A stretch of DNA of 63,975 bases, the filler included, from Intoshia linei (Eukaryota; Animalia; Orthonectida), in assembly GCA_001642005.1 (NCBI GenBank). It is 6 parts of 6 records of this genome, joined end to end, with 100 filler letters (N's around TTAATTAATTAA, not from the genome) between each part and the next. Parts side by side here need not be neighbours in the genome. Positions count along the whole stretch, not along the records: positions 60,002 to 62,860 come from LWCA01002195.1; positions 62,961 to 63,975 come from LWCA01002851.1; 4 more parts are not named here. The stretch is one strand, 5' to 3'. The translations under genes were made by a program, and so were the position numbers. Shown piece by piece: positions 59,902-63,975 of the stretch (within the stretch, counting starts at the first letter, position 1; each line of letters opens with the position of its first letter). Below the pieces are notes generated by a model that saw only the letters and a program-made list of their open reading frames with translations, ran no database searches and had not been told where the DNA came from.

Positions 59902-60001
59902 NNNNNNNNNNNNNNNNNNNNNNNNNNNNNNNNNNNNNNNNNNNNTTAATTAATTAANNNNNNNNNNNNNNNNNNNNNNNNNNNNNNNNNNNNNNNNNNN
60001 N
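59902..60001. other. Artificial gap spacer
   Basis: N44-TTAATTAATTAA-N44. Confidence 0.98.
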
Positions 60002-60280
60002 ATAATTCCGTTGGTTTAATGCCGTTTTCCAATTCTTTGAGAATTTGCAATTTTTAGTTAATTCAATCAATAGTTAAATCAGTTAAAAATTGTAATTGGT
60101 AAGTTGTAAATATAAAAAAGGAATTTTAATTGATAAAGAAAATAAAGTTAAATATGTGACAGCATTAAGATAATGTAGAAAATAATAAACTTAATTTTTA
60201 TTTTAAATTACAATTTAACGAGATAAAATAAAATATTTTACAATTTATCGAGTAGATGAATTATCGAATTTTACTTGTAC
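60002..60280 (-). mobile_element. pogo/Tigger HTH remnant
   Basis: LTI..KLQILKELENGIKPTEL with stops; TIR-like end near 60278. Confidence 0.45.
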
Positions 60281-60999
60281 TTACATATTTTTGGACATTT
60301 TTTGATGTGTTTTAAAATTTTGTAAAAATTTAAATTAAATATTGTGAAAATGAAAAATCCATCCCAATAAGTTGCACACGTGCTAATGGGCGTGTCTATT
60401 TTAAACATTTGTATAGAGTCATATTTTCACCAATTATATACAGTATAATATATTTTCGATCACCTCAACTAATTATTATCCAGGGGTTCTCTGATGAGTG
60501 GAGCGTGTTATTAATGCCCCTTTATTATCTTCCATTAGTTGGAAGCTGTGGACGCACCAAGGAATATTCTGATGTCCTTCTCCAATAAATTGCACTTTCG
60601 TCGGCATTGTAATTCTGGCATAATTTAAATTTTTTTTTTTTGACGATATTTCTAAACGATTTTATAAATTCTTATGTTTTAGTGGTATCAGCAGATAATG
60701 ACTTATATTAGATAAGATCTTAGGGAAATTGCAAATTTCTTTTTAAAGTTTTGAAACCATGGCTACGTTTGAATTTACTCGTAAGATTAATTTGGTGTAG
60801 GTATTGTCGTCCATAATCCTGCAACATGTAACAAAATACAGGATGCTTGGATTCTCTTCTTGTAAAAAATGCATAAAAACTTTAATATTCACCTGGTCGT
60901 TTGTCCCTTTTTTCAAGGTTTTTCTGATTTTCAAATATTTTTTTTACTATCGTCACTTTGTTGCAGAATTTGTTGTTTTTGTCGAACTGTTTAAACAAT

Positions 61000-62745
61000 T
61001 GTCTGTCTGGGCATATCAAGTTCAGCTGCCACCTTCATTATTTATGTTTATTACCACTGCGTATGATTTCCCTTCTAACCTCTTGATAATATCAATTTTT
61101 TCCAATATATTGATTGATTTTCGTTTTATTGATTCGTGTTCGTGTTTGAAAAATGCACTGTTTACTTTATTGCTATTCTAATTTAATCTAATTTTAGCAA
61201 TAAAAATTATTGCAGAAATGAAGTATTAAGAAATATCAAGATTCCACTGTATATAATCATCTAATAATTCATCACCAACCCAGAGGCTTTTCTGTTATAT
61301 AATTTCTTCTATATTATTAAGATTAATATCGTAACTATCAAGGATACTAGGTTTATGTTGGAAATTATTAAAGTCATTATCATTTTTATAAATTTATGTC
61401 ACACTTTTAATAAAATCAACGGCGAGGATATTGGGTTGAAGAGAATTATCAAAACAACTTTTAAACACATCTCCAATTATAAGTGCTATTATATGGTGAC
61501 GGCAAGGAAATTCTATCACATTTTGTTGGAAATAACTTTTTAGGAATTTCACGTCTTAAGGGAGGTCATCATAAAATGGTAAATTTGAGTCTGCTTTGTT
61601 ATTATATAATATTTGAAATGTTTTCCAATTATTATGCAATTTATTTACGAATTTATATTGAAAATTTGGACCTACGGTTACATTGGAAAATGAATTGATG
61701 TTTTAAAATAAGATGATGGATATGTAATTTACATGGAGAATATGTGCAATCGGAGTATACTCGTTTTAATCGAACGATAACGCTATTTTTACATTCTGTA
61801 TTTGTAGGCTCAGTGTTAGTGACTATATTTATAGGAGATAATTTATATTGTTTTAATATTGACAATATTTTGCATTATTTTCAGATATAATATATGCGTA
61901 TTGGTTGGGTATTTTAACAAATCCTATTAATTTTTCATCAAAACAGATTGCCAGAATATGTTTTTTTTGACCATATAAATTGTAATATTTTTTACTATCG
62001 AATTGTGAGACACCATAATCACTTACACATGGCTTATTTGATTTTGCCTTTTTTATAGTAAATTTATTCAATGTGCTATGTGTTGGTGGTTTCATTCGAT
62101 CATCTCCAAATTTATTATACATAACATCAAGTACAATGATAGTTTGAGATAATGACAGATTTGCATTTGCACGTAATTCTTCAGCCAAATCTGTATATAT
62201 TATATTTTTTTTAATGTTTTCACTAAATGAATCAAGAGAATTAGATTGTATTTTTGCGTATACATTATTTTCATTAAATGTTTCAATACATTTGGATGAT
62301 CCCGGTATATCATTATCACTTTTTAATCTTTTAGAAAGATGTATTTTATATTCAACAATTGATGTAGTACAATAACCAATACCTTTTTTTTGATTATTGT
62401 AATATACTTTATCCAGAGGTGTTTTGAAATTCAAGTTTTGATGTGATCACATCAAATAAATCCTTACATTCTATATAATTTTTGTTCTTTTATAAAGAGA
62501 ATGAATTCTTTTTACGATAACTTCACGTTTTTGAACATGTAAATCTTGTTTAGTCCAGCAATGAAATACCTCACTAGCAACTATTGGAATTATCTGAGAC
62601 AAATTATATCCATTGTTAATTTGTTGCACCACATGTATTCTTTTTAAGACTTGTTCCATGGTTGGTAAAGTTTTTAATTCCACCAATGAATTTTTATAAC
62701 CTGGCCATAATCTGGATTTTTTTTCAATGGTTTAAATTGAGACAT
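61000..62745 (-). pseudogene. Frameshifted hAT (hATm-like) transposase
   Basis: Consecutive broken ORFs LPTMEQVL..VASEVFHCWTK, AICFDEK, TEPTNTE..CKLHIHHLIL (CxxH); no introns; left boundary uncertain. Confidence 0.7.
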
Positions 62746-62860
62746 AATCTATATTTTATAAAATATTTTTATAGCAGTAAGATTTATATTAGAGTTGTTA
62801 AGTTTTTTTTTTTAATTATAATTATTAATTTATAGTAAATAAATAAAATAAAAAATATTT

Positions 62861-62960
62861 NNNNNNNNNNNNNNNNNNNNNNNNNNNNNNNNNNNNNNNN
62901 NNNNTTAATTAATTAANNNNNNNNNNNNNNNNNNNNNNNNNNNNNNNNNNNNNNNNNNNN
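62861..62960. other. Artificial gap spacer
   Basis: N44-TTAATTAATTAA-N44. Confidence 0.98.
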
Positions 62961-63975
62961 ACATTTAAAATTAAATTAAATTCGTAAAAATTATTCACTA
63001 ACAATTGTTACATTTGACATTAATTTCAATTTGCAAAATTATTTGTACTATTTTAAATTTTTAGTAGATAAATTATCTACTAGCTATAGTTACACAATAA
63101 ATTGTGAAAAAATTATCTACTAACGATTTCTCTACTAACGGTGCTTGACTGTAATATCAATAATTATATTGGTATTTAACCTTTTACTACATAAAACAAT
63201 GATAATTTAAAAAATTTGGAAAATCATCGTTTTTGCACAATCCAATAAATCCGCTTTTACTACCAACCATAGATTTTGTACTATCTGTCGTAATCGATTT
63301 AAGTTTATAGATATGAATATTTTTTGTTGACAAGAACGTTTTAAATGAGTTAACTTAAGCTAATTTATTTACTTAAATTAGTTTAGTTAATTAACAGGCC
63401 TTAAGGTTAAGAACAGGTGAACATGTTCAGTGAGTATACGGTATACAGTGAGTTATAGAAACGTAGGAATACTATAGTGATATTATCCCTTTCGATGGAT
63501 TTATTTTATATTTTATTGTTTATTCTGAATATAAAAAAATTATAAAATGGTAAAGTTGGAATCAAATTTTTGGATTTTTCTTTTTTAAAAACTACCTACG
63601 TTTTGTCAATTTATACAAAAACTATTTTTAGGTTCTGTTAGTGGTGTAGTCAGGGCCGTGGACAGGGGGCTAGGGACATATGGCCCTGGCCTACAATCGT
63701 AAGGGCCAAATGTTTTAATTAATAGGTAATGTTGGAAAATTGCTTAAGTATGTCAAAATTATGATGACGAATACAATTTGCAACTGTTATTTTTAATTTT
63801 TAGGCAATAAACGATCGATTAACCCATTGAAACATTTTGACGTATTAATGCGTCATTTCTATTTTATGCATTGAGACTAAATGACGCATTTTTGCGTCAA
63901 ACGATTTGCCACGTATTATTTATTAAACATCAGTTCATATTAAAATACAAAATTATCATAATGAAAATTGTATAT

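Noticed and set aside
60439-60630. YNADESAIYWR pogo-like DDE motif on the minus strand
   Set aside because: Too short and isolated to define an element with confidence

Overview
This is AT-rich, intron-containing animal genomic DNA, not prokaryotic. It carries an innexin, and most introns are about 35-50 nt GT-AG. The compact architecture and highly divergent proteins suggest a genome-reduced invertebrate such as an orthonectid; that assignment is inference only. Five artificial 100-bp gap spacers (N44-TTAATTAATTAA-N44) split the window, and genes are truncated at them. Manual splicing supports these genes: PTPA, SRP54, SEC13 (3' half), innexin, WDR75/UTP17, RPL27, MCM6 (3' end), a strongly reduced tweety-like channel, HGS/Hrs, a SCaMC mitochondrial carrier, a GTSF1-like tandem CHHC finger protein, SCCPDH, CWC22, AARS1, NUDCD1, RNF121 (3' end) and a hormone-sensitive lipase N-terminal region. 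Large introns are packed with often-nested DNA transposons (piggyBac, hAT, Tc1/pogo, Helitron-like). The most notable observations are an RPL27 start codon apparently split by an intron (A|TG), a tweety homologue missing most of its extracellular domains, a GTSF1-like piRNA cofactor with an altered first finger, and very tight gene packing with hairpins in divergent promoters. I found no CRISPR array, RNA gene or clearly new multi-gene system. Exon boundaries were read by eye and may be off by a few bases.
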